Positions 1 to 8,443 of a stretch of 64,000 nt of DNA are shown here, piece after piece. The first letter of the stretch is position 1. Each line of letters starts with the position of its first letter. The notes below the pieces were generated by a model. That model did no database searches, was not told the DNA's origin, and saw nothing but the letters and a program-made list of their open reading frames with translations. The position numbers were made by a program, and so were the translations under genes. The DNA comes from an uncultured Planctomycetaceae bacterium (lineage in GTDB: Bacteria > Planctomycetota > Phycisphaerae > SM23-33): positions 25,046 to 89,045 of the forward strand of contig CAYNYF010000002.1 in the NCBI GenBank assembly GCA_964401385.1, read 5' to 3'.

Positions 1-1470
1 AGACGTTCAGAATGCCGTTGGCGTCGATGAGGAACGTCACGCGGATCCGCGGCGCCCCGGCGGGCATGGGCGGAATGCCGCGAAGCTGAAACCGTCCCAG
101 CGAGCGGCAGTCGGCGGCCAGCTCGCGCTCGCCTTGCAGCACGTGGATGTCCACCGCAGTTTGCCCGTCCACGTACGTGGTGAATACCTCGGAGGTCTGG
201 CAGGGGATGGTCGTGTTCCGCATGATCAGCTTGCCCGTCGCCCCGCCGAGCGTCTCGATCCCCAGCGACAGGGGGGTCACGTCCAGCAGCAGCATGTCGC
301 GGCGGACGCCGGCGAGGATTCCCGCCTGCACCGCCGCCCCCAGGGCGACGACCTCTTCGGGATTCACGGCCGTGTAGAGCTTCTCGGCGCCGAACAGCTC
401 TCCCACCCGGCGGCGGACGTAGGGGATCCGGGTGCAGCCGCCGACCATGACCACGCGGTCAATCTGCTCGGGCGCCAGGCGCGCGTCCGCCAGCGCCCTT
501 CGGCAGTGCTCGATCGTGTGATCGATCCACTTGGCCGCCAGCGACTCAAACTCCTCTCGCGAAATGGTTCGCCGGAACGTCCTGCCCTCGCCGAGGTCCA
601 CCTCGACCGCGGCCTCGTCGGAATCACTGAGGCGGATCTTGGCCGCCTCGGCGAAGCTCCGCAGCGCCTGCCGTGTGGCCGGCGGGAAGGTGATGTTCTG
701 GCCGTACCGGCGGCGGATCTCGCCCGCGATCAGGTCGATCAGCTCCCGGTCCAGGTCGTCGCCGCCCAGATGCGTGTCGCCATGAGTGGCCAGCACCTGG
801 CAGACCCCGCCGGCGATCTTCAGGATGCTGATGTCGAAGGTGCCGCCGCCGAGATCGAACACGGTCACGGTGGCGTCCTCCTGCCGGTCCAGGCCGTAGG
901 CCAACGTCGCGGCGGTCGGCTCGTTGACGATCCGCTTGACCTCCAGGCCGGCGATCCGCCCGGCGTCGCGCGTGGCCTGACGCTGGGCGTCGTCGAAGTA
1001 GGCCGGCACCGTGACCACCGCCTGAGTGATGGGCCTGCCCAGGGCCTTGGCGGCGCGGGCGCGGACCTCCGAAAGGATGATGGCGCTGAGCTGCTCGGGC
1101 GTCATCAAGCGCCCGTTGACGTCGACTTTGACCAGATCGCGCCCTCCGGCCGGGGCTTCGGTCGAGACGGCTGAGCCTTCCCCGCCGACCACGTGGTACG
1201 GCAGCACGCGCCGGTCCTCTGCCAGATCCGCCAGCCCCTTGCCCATCAGCCGCTTGACGGAATACACGGTCGTCAGCGGGTTGGCCACCGCGCCGGACTT
1301 GGCCTCGCTGCCGACGGAGACCGACCTGTCGGGATGGAAGGCGATCACGCTGGGCATAAGGGAGTTGCCGGACTCGTCGCGGATGATCTCCGGCCCGGCG
1401 GGCGTCATCACCGCCGCCAGCGAATTGGTCGTGCCCAGGTCAATGCCGACTATAGCGTCGTCACTCATCG
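1..1470 (-). CDS. hscA: Fe-S cluster assembly chaperone HscA (Hsp70 family), N-terminal ~490 aa; C-terminus lies beyond the left window edge. Not in the supplied ORF track.
   Basis: Reverse-complement translation from the ATG at 1470 reads [20 protein letters not shown]...[14 protein letters not shown]...[14 protein letters not shown], the Hsp70 signature blocks. It lies directly downstream of hscB in the isc operon. Confidence 0.85.
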
Positions 1471-1501
1471 CTGCTCTGTCCGTCGATTTATGTTTCAGCT
1501 T

Positions 1502-2149
1502 TCAGCTTTGCTCTTGTCGTGCCTGCGAGAGCAGTTTCCGCACGTAGGCCACGGCATTGAGCTGCTTGCGGATCTCGTGCAGCAGGTCCTGGCGCGTGGC
1601 CTTGCAGGAAACGGCTTGGTCCAGTTCCGCGTACAGCCCGGCGACGTGCTTCATCAGCCCTTCCTGCTGGGTTTGCAGGACCGCGCCCAGGCGGGCCAGC
1701 TCCTCGGCCTTGCCGGCCGAGCGCGCGTCCATCAGCTCCTCCTGCATCATCATCATCGTTTCAAGAAAGCCGTCCGGAACGGACTTGTCCTCGGCCGAGG
1801 GCGGCCCGCCCAACAGCTCCAGCAGATAGGCGGCGCGGCGGATCGGGTCGGACAGGGTCCGGTAGGCCTCGTTGATGGCCGCCGACACCGTCATCGACAG
1901 CGCCTGGGCCTCCGCCGAGTCGTCCACGTGATAGTCCGGGTGGGTGTGGCGCGAGAGGGCGACGTAGCTTTCGTGAAGGGCCTGCTGGTCGGCGTCAAAC
2001 CGCCGCGGCAGCCCCAGGAGCTGGAAATGGTCGACCACGCCGGGAACGGGGTGGAGCGTCTGGCAGTAATCGCAGAACAGGGGGCTGGTCATCGGCCGGC
2101 TGCACCGAACGCATTTCTCCGGCAGCGCCTGATTGGTTTTCTCTTCCAT
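1502..2149 (-). CDS. hscB: Fe-S cluster co-chaperone HscB (J-domain) with an N-terminal CxxC-x9-CxxC extension
   Basis: 215 aa. J-domain-like HFQLLGLPRRFDADQQALHESYVALSRHTHPD plus an HscB C-terminal helical region. Position between iscA and hscA. Confidence 0.8.
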   Translation of the reverse strand: MEEKTNQALPEKCVRCSRPMTSPLFCDYCQTLHPVPGVVDHFQLLGLPRRFDADQQALHESYVALSRHTHPDYHVDDSAEAQALSMTVSAAINEAYRTLSDPIRRAAYLLELLGGPPSAEDKSVPDGFLETMMMMQEELMDARSAGKAEELARLGAVLQTQQEGLMKHVAGLYAELDQAVSCKATRQDLLHEIRKQLNAVAYVRKLLSQARQEQS

Positions 2150-2243
2150 GGCGTTGGCCCCACTTTCTCAGGACCGCCGGACTGGGGCTCGCCGCGGAGC
2201 TTGTGGGCCTCCCGAACGTGTAGGATCCGACATAGCGGTGCCT

Positions 2244-2573
2244 TTACGTCCGGAAGCTTGCCCCGCAGCCGCAGCGGGCCTTGGCGTTGGGGTTGTTGAA
2301 GACGAACCCGCCGCCGAGGAGCTTGTCGTCGTAGTCGACTTCGGTGCCGTTGAGGTAGAGATAGCTCTTGGGATCGCAGATGATCTTGACCCCGCTGGAG
2401 TCGAACGCCTCGTCGTCATCGGCCGGGCTTTTCGCCACATCCAGGGTGTAGGAGAACCCGCTGCACCCGCCGCCTTTGACGCCCACACGCAGACACGCCC
2501 CCTCGGGCATCTCGTTTTCGCCGAAGGCCTTCTTGACCTTCGCGGCAGCCTTTTCCGTCAGCGTAATGACCAT
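2244..2573 (-). CDS. iscA: Fe-S cluster insertion protein IscA/ErpA (HesB family)
   Basis: MVITLTEKAAAKVKK...GGGCSGFSY...CGCGASF, with the three conserved Cys of A-type carriers. The real start is internal to the 234-aa track ORF 2244..2948; the ATG at 2571-2573 was checked. Confidence 0.85.
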   Translation of the reverse strand: MVITLTEKAAAKVKKAFGENEMPEGACLRVGVKGGGCSGFSYTLDVAKSPADDDEAFDSSGVKIICDPKSYLYLNGTEVDYDDKLLGGGFVFNNPNAKARCGCGASFRT

Positions 2574-2575
2574 GA

Positions 2576-3055
2576 TCAACCTCCGGGTCGACCGAGCCGC
2601 AGGCCGACCTGTCGTTGTGAACTCTCGTCGGGCGAGCCCTCGCCGGCCTCCTCGGCCGAGGAGGCCGCCTCCGATCCACCGTTCTTCCGCTTCCAGTCCG
2701 CGATGGCGGCCTTGACCGCGTCCTCGGCCAGGACCGAGCAGTGAATCTTGACCGGCGGCAGGGCCAGCTCCTCGGCCAGGGCGGTGTTCTTCAGCTCCTG
2801 GGCATTTTCCACCGTCCTGCCCTTGAGCCACTCGGTGGCCAGCGAGCTGGCGGCGATGGCCGCCCCGCAGCCGAACGTCTTGAACTTGGCGTCGGTGATG
2901 ACGCCATCGTCGTCCACCTTGATCTGGAGCTTCATCACGTCTCCGCATTCGGGGGCCCCGACCACGCCGGTGCCCACGTCGTCGGCGCTCTTGTCCAGCG
3001 ACCCGATGTTCCGCGGGTTGTTGAAGTGGTCCAGTACTTTGTCCGAGTACGTCAC
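2576..3055 (-). CDS. iscU: Fe-S cluster scaffold IscU/NifU-like, with a ~30-aa acidic C-terminal tail
   Basis: The GTG start gives MTYSDKVLDHFNNPRNIGSL...GAPECGDVMKLQI...FGCGAAIASS...HCSVLAEDA, the IscU signature Cys/His residues. It is embedded in the 619-aa track ORF, which is otherwise an out-of-frame shadow of iscS. Confidence 0.85.
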   Translation of the reverse strand: MTYSDKVLDHFNNPRNIGSLDKSADDVGTGVVGAPECGDVMKLQIKVDDDGVITDAKFKTFGCGAAIAASSLATEWLKGRTVENAQELKNTALAEELALPPVKIHCSVLAEDAVKAAIADWKRKNGGSEAASSAEEAGEGSPDESSQRQVGLRLGRPGG

Positions 3056-3057
3056 GG

Positions 3058-4269
3058 TCAGTGTCCTTCCGTCGTTCCTGCCGCTCCCTCCTGTGCTGTT
3101 TCGTACAGCGGCGAGAGTTCGCGAAGCTGGTTTACGCTCTCGACGACGCGGGCGATGGCGTAACCAACCTCCTCGGGCGTATTGAACCGGCCCAGCGAAA
3201 AGCGGATCGAGCCGTGGGCCAGCTCGTCGGAGACGCCCAGCGCTCGCAGCACGAAGCTCGGCTCCAGCGACGCGCTGGTGCAGGCGGAGCCGGAGGAAAC
3301 GGCCACGTCGCTCATCTTCATCATCAGCGACTCGCCTTCCACGTATCCGAAGGACAGGTTCAGCGTGTTGGGCAGCCGCCGGGTCGGATGGCCGTTCAGC
3401 TTGACGTGATCTAGCCCGGCCGTAATGCCCTGATGCAGGCGATCGCGCAGCGCCTCCAACCGCCGGGCCTCGGCGGGCATCTCCCGGCCGCAGATGTCCG
3501 CCGCCGCGGCCAGCCCGACGATGCCGGCGACGTTCAGGGTGCCGCTGCGCATTCCCCGCTCGTGCCCGCCGCCGTGCATCTGAATCGCCAGGCGCACGCG
3601 CGGGCCCTTGCGGCGAACGTACAGCGCCCCGATTCCCTTCGGACCGTAAATCTTGTGGGCCGAGAGGCTTAGCAGGTCGATCCCCATCGCTTCCACGTCG
3701 ATGGGTATCTTGCCGTAAGCCTGGGTCGCGTCGGTGTGGAACAGGACGCCCCTTTCCTTGGCCACCGCGGCGATCTCGGCGACCGGGTGGATCGTGCCGA
3801 TCTCGTTGTTGGCGACCATGATGGTGATGAGGATGGTCTTGTCGGTGATCGCCTCGGCCACCTGCTCGGGCGTGACCAGGCCGTACTCGTCGGTCGGCAG
3901 AAACGTCACCCGGCAGCCGTGCCGGGCAAGGTATGCGCAGGTGTCCAAGACGGCCTTGTGCTCCGTGGCACAGGTGATGATGTGATCGCCCTTGTCGCGA
4001 CGCATCTCGGCCACGCCCTTGATGGCGAGGTTGTCGCTCTCGGTGGCGCCGCTGGTGAAGATGATCTCCTTGGGCGTTGCCCCGATCAGGGCCGCGACCT
4101 GCTCGCGGGCGGCCTCGACGGCAGCCTCGGCCTTCCAGCCGAACGAGTGCGAGTGGCTGGCGGCGTTGCCGAACTGGTCCTTGAAATAGGGGAGCATTGT
4201 CTCGAGCACGCGCGGGTCCACGGGCGTGGTCGCATTGTTGTCGAGATAGATCGGCGTTTTGACGGTCAT
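3058..4269 (-). CDS. iscS: Cysteine desulfurase IscS (class V aminotransferase)
   Basis: 403 aa. [21 protein letters not shown]...[23 protein letters not shown]...[21 protein letters not shown]; PLP-Lys and active-site Cys motifs. Confidence 0.9.
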   Translation of the reverse strand: MTVKTPIYLDNNATTPVDPRVLETMLPYFKDQFGNAASHSHSFGWKAEAAVEAAREQVAALIGATPKEIIFTSGATESDNLAIKGVAEMRRDKGDHIITCATEHKAVLDTCAYLARHGCRVTFLPTDEYGLVTPEQVAEAITDKTILITIMVANNEIGTIHPVAEIAAVAKERGVLFHTDATQAYGKIPIDVEAMGIDLLSLSAHKIYGPKGIGALYVRRKGPRVRLAIQMHGGGHERGMRSGTLNVAGIVGLAAAADICGREMPAEARRLEALRDRLHQGITAGLDHVKLNGHPTRRLPNTLNLSFGYVEGESLMMKMSDVAVSSGSACTSASLEPSFVLRALGVSDELAHGSIRFSLGRFNTPEEVGYAIARVVESVNQLRELSPLYETAQEGAAGTTEGH

Positions 4270-4280
4270 GGGACGTCTCT

Positions 4281-4724
4281 CTACTTGTCCGCCGCGGGCA
4301 GCGACGGCTTGACGATGTCGGCCAGCGACACCGTCCTGAGGAAGTCGCTGAGCCTTCGCTGTACGCGGTGGACCGGGTCGGCGATGGGGCAGCGATCCAG
4401 CAGGCGGCAGGGGGCGCCGTTGTCGACTTCCTCACCTTCGGCGACGCACTCGGCCAGCCGGATGGGGCCCTCTACGGCTGTGATCAGATCGGCCAGAGAA
4501 ATCTCCGCCGGACCGCGCGCCAGGCGGTAACCGCCGCGGACGCCGCGGACCGACTCGACGAACCCGGCCGATGAAAGCTGCTTCAGCACGTTCATCAGCA
4601 GCGACAGCGGCACGCCGGATCGGCCGGCTATCTCCCGGGCGCTGGAGACCTGCTCCTCGGCCAGCCTCGCCAGGTGCGTCATCGCGATCAACCCGTAACC
4701 GGTCTTCTTGGTCAGAGCTAACAT
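4281..4724 (-). CDS. iscR: Rrf2-family transcriptional regulator, IscR-like
   Basis: 147 aa. [20 protein letters not shown]...[43 protein letters not shown], the Rrf2 wHTH, with C-terminal Cys residues. First gene of the isc operon. Confidence 0.8.
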   Translation of the reverse strand: MLALTKKTGYGLIAMTHLARLAEEQVSSAREIAGRSGVPLSLLMNVLKQLSSAGFVESVRGVRGGYRLARGPAEISLADLITAVEGPIRLAECVAEGEEVDNGAPCRLLDRCPIADPVHRVQRRLSDFLRTVSLADIVKPSLPAADK

Positions 4725-4754
4725 TCAAATATCCATTGACATCAGGTCCATTGA

Positions 4755-4818
4755 AATATAGCACCCTTTTGGTACTATTTCCAGCCCAATATAGGACTAT
4801 TTCGGTACGATTTCCAGC
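4755..4818 (-). promoter_or_regulatory. Tandem duplicated 31-bp unit (26/31 identical, period 33 bp) in the iscR 5' region. On the minus strand each unit reads GCTGGAAAT-N-GTACC-N9-CTATATT. Candidate dual promoter and/or IscR operators.
   Basis: Units at 4755-4785 and 4788-4818 (plus-strand ggtactatttccagc / ggtacgatttccagc, each preceded by aatata). A TATATT -10-like hexamer lies ~30 and ~64 nt upstream of the iscR ATG. The region is AT-rich. Confidence 0.35.
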
Positions 4819-4961
4819 AAAATTCTCAGAAAAACAGGCGAATCCAGCAGATCCCCGTGATTTCTCTAAGTTGCTGCTTTGACAAGGCTAACGCGACGAA
4901 CAAACGTCTCGCCTGGCCGGGGTCGCCCCCCGGTGCCGGCCCGCTGGCGGTCCGCTGCCAC

Positions 4962-5690
4962 TCAGACGGGGAGGCCCCATTCTCGCAGGGGGTCGATGAT
5001 TTGGCCAACGCTGCTCACGGCCGCGTCGGCTGCGGTCGCGGGCTCGCCGTCCGGATGCACGATCCGGATCGCCCGCATGCCGGCCTGCCTGGCTCCGACG
5101 ATGTCGGTCTCCTCCAAGTCGCCGACGTGGACGGCCTGTGTCGGCTTGCAGCCCAGCCGGTACAAGGTGTGATGAAACTGGCGAACCTCCGGCTTGGTCG
5201 TGCCGGTCTGGTCGGAGAAGGTGAAATGGTCCAGCAACTGTGCGATGCCGTCTTGCTCCATGACCGCGTACAGGTCGTGGCCGAGGGTCATTCCCGTGTC
5301 GCTGATGATCGCCAGCGCCACCCGCCCGTGCAGTGCCGTCAAGAGCGGCATGGCCCCGTCGGCCGGCACTGGCGGCTCGTCGCGCCCGGCCGAAGATATC
5401 AGCTCCCCCAGCCGGGCCGCCTCGGAGGCGCCCAGTCTGATTCCCATGGCTCCGGCCAGCCGCCGACCCATCTCCTCGGCGTCGAAGGCGGCGTGGCGGA
5501 CGGCGCGATAGTGGTCCAGGTCGTGCCGGAGAATGCCAAAGGCGTAGCTCAACTGGCTGTCGGCGACTTCCTTGCCGACTCTCGCCAGAAATCCCCGGCT
5601 GTAGTCCTCACGCAGTCGCTGCCGGCGGTTCATGGCCGGCCCCTCCACGTACAGCGTGTTCCAGAAGTCGAACGTCACCGCCCGGATCAC
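4962..5690 (-). CDS. HAD-superfamily hydrolase (haloacid dehalogenase-like phosphatase)
   Basis: The GTG start gives MIRAVTFDFWNTL, HAD motif I DxD-like; ...GHDLYAVME..., and GDLEETDIVGARQAGMRAI (motif IV). The start overlaps the stop of the upstream gene as GTGA. The 608-aa track ORF is an artefactual fusion with antisense frame. Confidence 0.7.
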   Translation of the reverse strand: MIRAVTFDFWNTLYVEGPAMNRRQRLREDYSRGFLARVGKEVADSQLSYAFGILRHDLDHYRAVRHAAFDAEEMGRRLAGAMGIRLGASEAARLGELISSAGRDEPPVPADGAMPLLTALHGRVALAIISDTGMTLGHDLYAVMEQDGIAQLLDHFTFSDQTGTTKPEVRQFHHTLYRLGCKPTQAVHVGDLEETDIVGARQAGMRAIRIVHPDGEPATAADAAVSSVGQIIDPLREWGLPV

Positions 5691-6730
5691 GATCGCACCG
5701 CCGCCGGCCGGCCGGACTCGATGCTCTCGTGGATGGCGGCGATGGCGGCGACGTTGGCCAGGCCGTCTTCCAGCGGGCATGGCGGGGCGTTGCCGGCGAC
5801 CAGGGCCGAAACGAACTCCGCGAACATCAGCGCCGGCGGCGAAGCGGCCGCGCCCGTCAGCGTCACCCCGATGGTGGAGGGATGCTCGTACCGCCCAGTC
5901 GCCTTGTGTAGCATCTGGTCGGTCAGGTCCGCCCGCACCGAACCGGATTGCCCGACCATCTCGTGGCGAAACTGGAAGATCAGCGGCAGCGAGACTGGCA
6001 GCACCCAGCAGGAGCTGAACGACCCGACCATCCCGCCGTCGAACTGGATGAGGGCGTGGATGGCGTCGTACGTGTCGATGCCCCGCCCGGTCAGAATGCC
6101 TTTGTGCCCGGCCGCGTGCACGCCGACGGGCCTTTGGTTGGCGATCCAGCCCGCCAGCTCCACCGTGTGGGCCATGAGAAACCACCCCGGCGAGGACTTG
6201 CCCAGCCAGCTCAGCAGCTTTGTCGGTACGTCGATGCGGTCGTCGAGCTGGGAGTTGCAGGAGATGATCGCTCCCAACTCGCCGGCCTCGGCCGCGGCCT
6301 TCATCGCCGACAGCGGCGGGTTCCAGTGGTTCTCGAAGGCGACCATTGCCCGCACGCCCGCGTCGGCCACGGCCCGGCATACCTTGCGGGCATCGGCCAC
6401 GCTCATGGCCAGGGGCTTTTCGATCAAGAGGTGGCAGCCCGCGCCGGCGGCCGCGAGGGCGGGGACGACGTGGGCAAAGTCCGGCGTCGCGACCACCACC
6501 GCCTCCGGCGAGCACTTCCGGCACATCTCGCCCGTCTCGGCAAAACCGGGAACGCCGAGCTCCCCCTGCCCGGCGGCGCGGGCGGCGGCGTCGAGGTCGC
6601 AAAACCCCGCCAGCTCGACGTTCGCCATGGAACGGCAAATCGCGGCGTACATCCGACCGCGGATGCCCATCCCCACGATGCCCACGCGAATCGGGCCTTT
6701 CCTGCCGCTGCTCGTCCGTCGTGCTGCCAT
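5687..6730 (-). CDS. Gfo/Idh/MocA-family NAD(P)-dependent oxidoreductase
   Basis: 347 aa. IRVGIVGMGIRGRMYA (Rossmann GxGxxG), EKPLAMSVADARKV motif, C-terminal alpha/beta domain. Confidence 0.8.
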   Translation of the reverse strand: MAARRTSSGRKGPIRVGIVGMGIRGRMYAAICRSMANVELAGFCDLDAAARAAGQGELGVPGFAETGEMCRKCSPEAVVVATPDFAHVVPALAAAGAGCHLLIEKPLAMSVADARKVCRAVADAGVRAMVAFENHWNPPLSAMKAAAEAGELGAIISCNSQLDDRIDVPTKLLSWLGKSSPGWFLMAHTVELAGWIANQRPVGVHAAGHKGILTGRGIDTYDAIHALIQFDGGMVGSFSSCWVLPVSLPLIFQFRHEMVGQSGSVRADLTDQMLHKATGRYEHPSTIGVTLTGAAASPPALMFAEFVSALVAGNAPPCPLEDGLANVAAIAAIHESIESGRPAAVRS

Positions 6731-6849
6731 CGGCTGTCTTTTCCTGATCCGCCGCGCTTGACTCCCGCGTGCCGGTGGATTCTAACACAGCGCGTGAGAG
6801 AAGACCTCCGACAGCGTCAAGATTGACGTAACGCCAAGGGAGAGGACCA

Positions 6850-8430
6850 ATGGGCCTTCAAATCGGATGCTCCGCCGCCGTGATCGTGATGTCGCTCGCG
6901 CTGACCGGCAACGCTCTGGCCGCGGGCGTCGAGAGCATCGTCATCGACACCGACCGTAGCGTCAACTGCGCCTCGCTGGAGACGATTGTCGCCGACGTCA
7001 CCCGCGGCTGCAAGGGAGACCAGGAGCGGGCCGTCGCCATTTACGACTTCATGGTCCGCATGATGTGGATGCACTACGACTACGACCTGCCGAAGGAGAT
7101 GGAGAAAGGCCGGATGCGATCGGTGACGGACCCGCTGAAGGCCCTGAACGTCTACGGCATCGGCGGCTGCGGGATGCAGTCGGTGGTCTTCTCCACGCTG
7201 CTGAAGGCCGCGGGCCTGGAGCCTCGCCAGGTTGCCCCCGGCTTCGCCCACATCTCCAACGAGGTTCGCTGGGGCGGCAAGTGGCACTGGATGGACGTGT
7301 GGCTGCCGCTGTACCTGCTCGACGAGAAGGGCGAGATCTACTCCTACGACGAGCTCATGGCCAACCGCGCCCTGATTACCAAGGCTGTCAAGGAGGGGCG
7401 GCACTCGCCCAACTTCATGTATAACCCCGGCTCGGACACCCGCACCATGCTCGGCGCAAAGCCGCACCGCGCGCTGGGCTCGGGAGCGCGTGAGGTCAAC
7501 TACGTGGAGAACCTCCGCCTGCGCCCGGGCGAGCGCGTCACCTGGCTGTGGGACAACGTCGGCAAGTGGTACTTCCCCGGGGAGAAGTTCGCGTTCCCGG
7601 CCTTCAAGTTCCCGGCCGATAGGAACGCCAAGCGGGCCTTCCCCTACTGGGAGCCCTACCGCAAGGACCTGGTCGGCGGGTCTCACCCCTGGTCCAAGGT
7701 CTATTACCGCTACTACGGCAACGCGATCTTCGAGCATCGGGTGCCGCTGACGAAGGACGGGCTGGCTGGCTGGGGGGCGAAGCTGACGAACGTCGCCGAG
7801 GTGGCGGCCGGGGCCGACGACCCGAAGACAAATGGCCCGGTCGTCGGCGTCGGTTGCCGGGATGCGACGGCTCCGGCGGTCATCGAGATCCCCTTCGACC
7901 TGCCTTACGTCATCGCCGACTCCCAGATCGAGTGCGACGCCGAGCCCGCCGCCGGCGGGAATGTCACCTTCGCCTACTCCCTCGACGGCGGCAAGACCTG
8001 GAAGCTCGCCGCCTCCGGTGGCGAGCCGGGCAAGCCCGCCCGCAAGTTCAGCATCGGCAGGCCCAACGCCAGGAAATATCCCGCCGGCACCACCAGCGGA
8101 CAATACGCCTACCGCCTGCGGATCACGCTGGCGCCCGGCAAGGGCATCGGCGCGATCAAGCGGCTGACCGTTACCAACACCACCATGCTGAACTTCTACT
8201 CCCGCCCGCAGCTCGAGGTCGGAAAGAACGTGGTCACCGTGGCCGCCGCCGCCGGTTCACCGCTGGACAAGACGCCCCTGGAGATCACCTGGCGCTGGCT
8301 GGAGGATTGGAAGGACGAGAAGAGCTTTACCCACAAGGTCGCGCGCAGCGGCCAGAGCTGCGTCATCCAGGTCGGCGGGACCAAGCGGCCGAAGATGAAG
8401 TCCATCACCATCCACTGCCCGCTGCGATGA
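6850..8430 (+). CDS. Secreted hypothetical protein, paralog 1 of a tandem trio; putative transglutaminase-like/papain-like Cys-His-Asp core
   Basis: 526 aa. Signal peptide MGLQIGCSAAVIVMSLALTGNALAAG. Conserved blocks shared with the next two genes: GVESIV-DTDRSVNC-SLETIVADVTRGCK, VYG-GGCG-Q, GF-H-S-EV-WGGKWHW-DVWLP, LRLRPGE-TWLW-NVGKWY, YYRYYGN-IF, TNTTMLNFYSRP-LE, TWRWLEDWKDEKSFTHKVARSG, VGGTKRPKMKSITI. RBS GGGAGAGGA. Confidence 0.7.
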   Translation: MGLQIGCSAAVIVMSLALTGNALAAGVESIVIDTDRSVNCASLETIVADVTRGCKGDQERAVAIYDFMVRMMWMHYDYDLPKEMEKGRMRSVTDPLKALNVYGIGGCGMQSVVFSTLLKAAGLEPRQVAPGFAHISNEVRWGGKWHWMDVWLPLYLLDEKGEIYSYDELMANRALITKAVKEGRHSPNFMYNPGSDTRTMLGAKPHRALGSGAREVNYVENLRLRPGERVTWLWDNVGKWYFPGEKFAFPAFKFPADRNAKRAFPYWEPYRKDLVGGSHPWSKVYYRYYGNAIFEHRVPLTKDGLAGWGAKLTNVAEVAAGADDPKTNGPVVGVGCRDATAPAVIEIPFDLPYVIADSQIECDAEPAAGGNVTFAYSLDGGKTWKLAASGGEPGKPARKFSIGRPNARKYPAGTTSGQYAYRLRITLAPGKGIGAIKRLTVTNTTMLNFYSRPQLEVGKNVVTVAAAAGSPLDKTPLEITWRWLEDWKDEKSFTHKVARSGQSCVIQVGGTKRPKMKSITIHCPLR

Positions 8431-8443
8431 GGAGTCCGCCGCC

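Noticed and set aside
134-2299. Long plus-strand ORFs (134..1174, 1193..2299) and many others of the same kind (6817..8103, 8405..9592, 10077..12113, 12850..13875, 20872..22599, 34203..36221, 39830..41044, 45392..46672, 51873..53159, 53450..54898, 57129..58175, 59235..60572, 60925..61992)
   Set aside because: They are antisense or out-of-frame to genes with clear homology-bearing translations. Their own translations are low-complexity and Arg/Pro/Gly-rich, as is typical of high-GC shadow ORFs.
2576-4435. 619-aa track ORF spanning iscU plus upstream
   Set aside because: Only the C-terminal 159 aa (IscU, GTG start at 3053-3055) is meaningful. The remainder is an out-of-frame shadow of iscS. 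The same logic was applied to 4962..6788 (HAD hydrolase only), 2244..2948 (iscA only) and 29368..30777 (lipoprotein only), and to the N-terminal trims for panC, folK, murI, ychF, NRDE, GH130 and PMM.
4755-4818. Sigma-54 (-24/-12) interpretation of the TGGAAAT elements upstream of iscR
   Set aside because: There is no GC-N10-TTGC spacing, and no TTGC at the required distance. The sigma-70-like or IscR-operator reading fits better.
4809-4820. Exact 12-mer GATTTCCAGCAA shared by the iscR upstream region and the mnmG/flgM intergenic region (13909-13920)
   Set aside because: A single 12-mer coincidence is expected many times in 64 kb by chance. There is no extended similarity around it.
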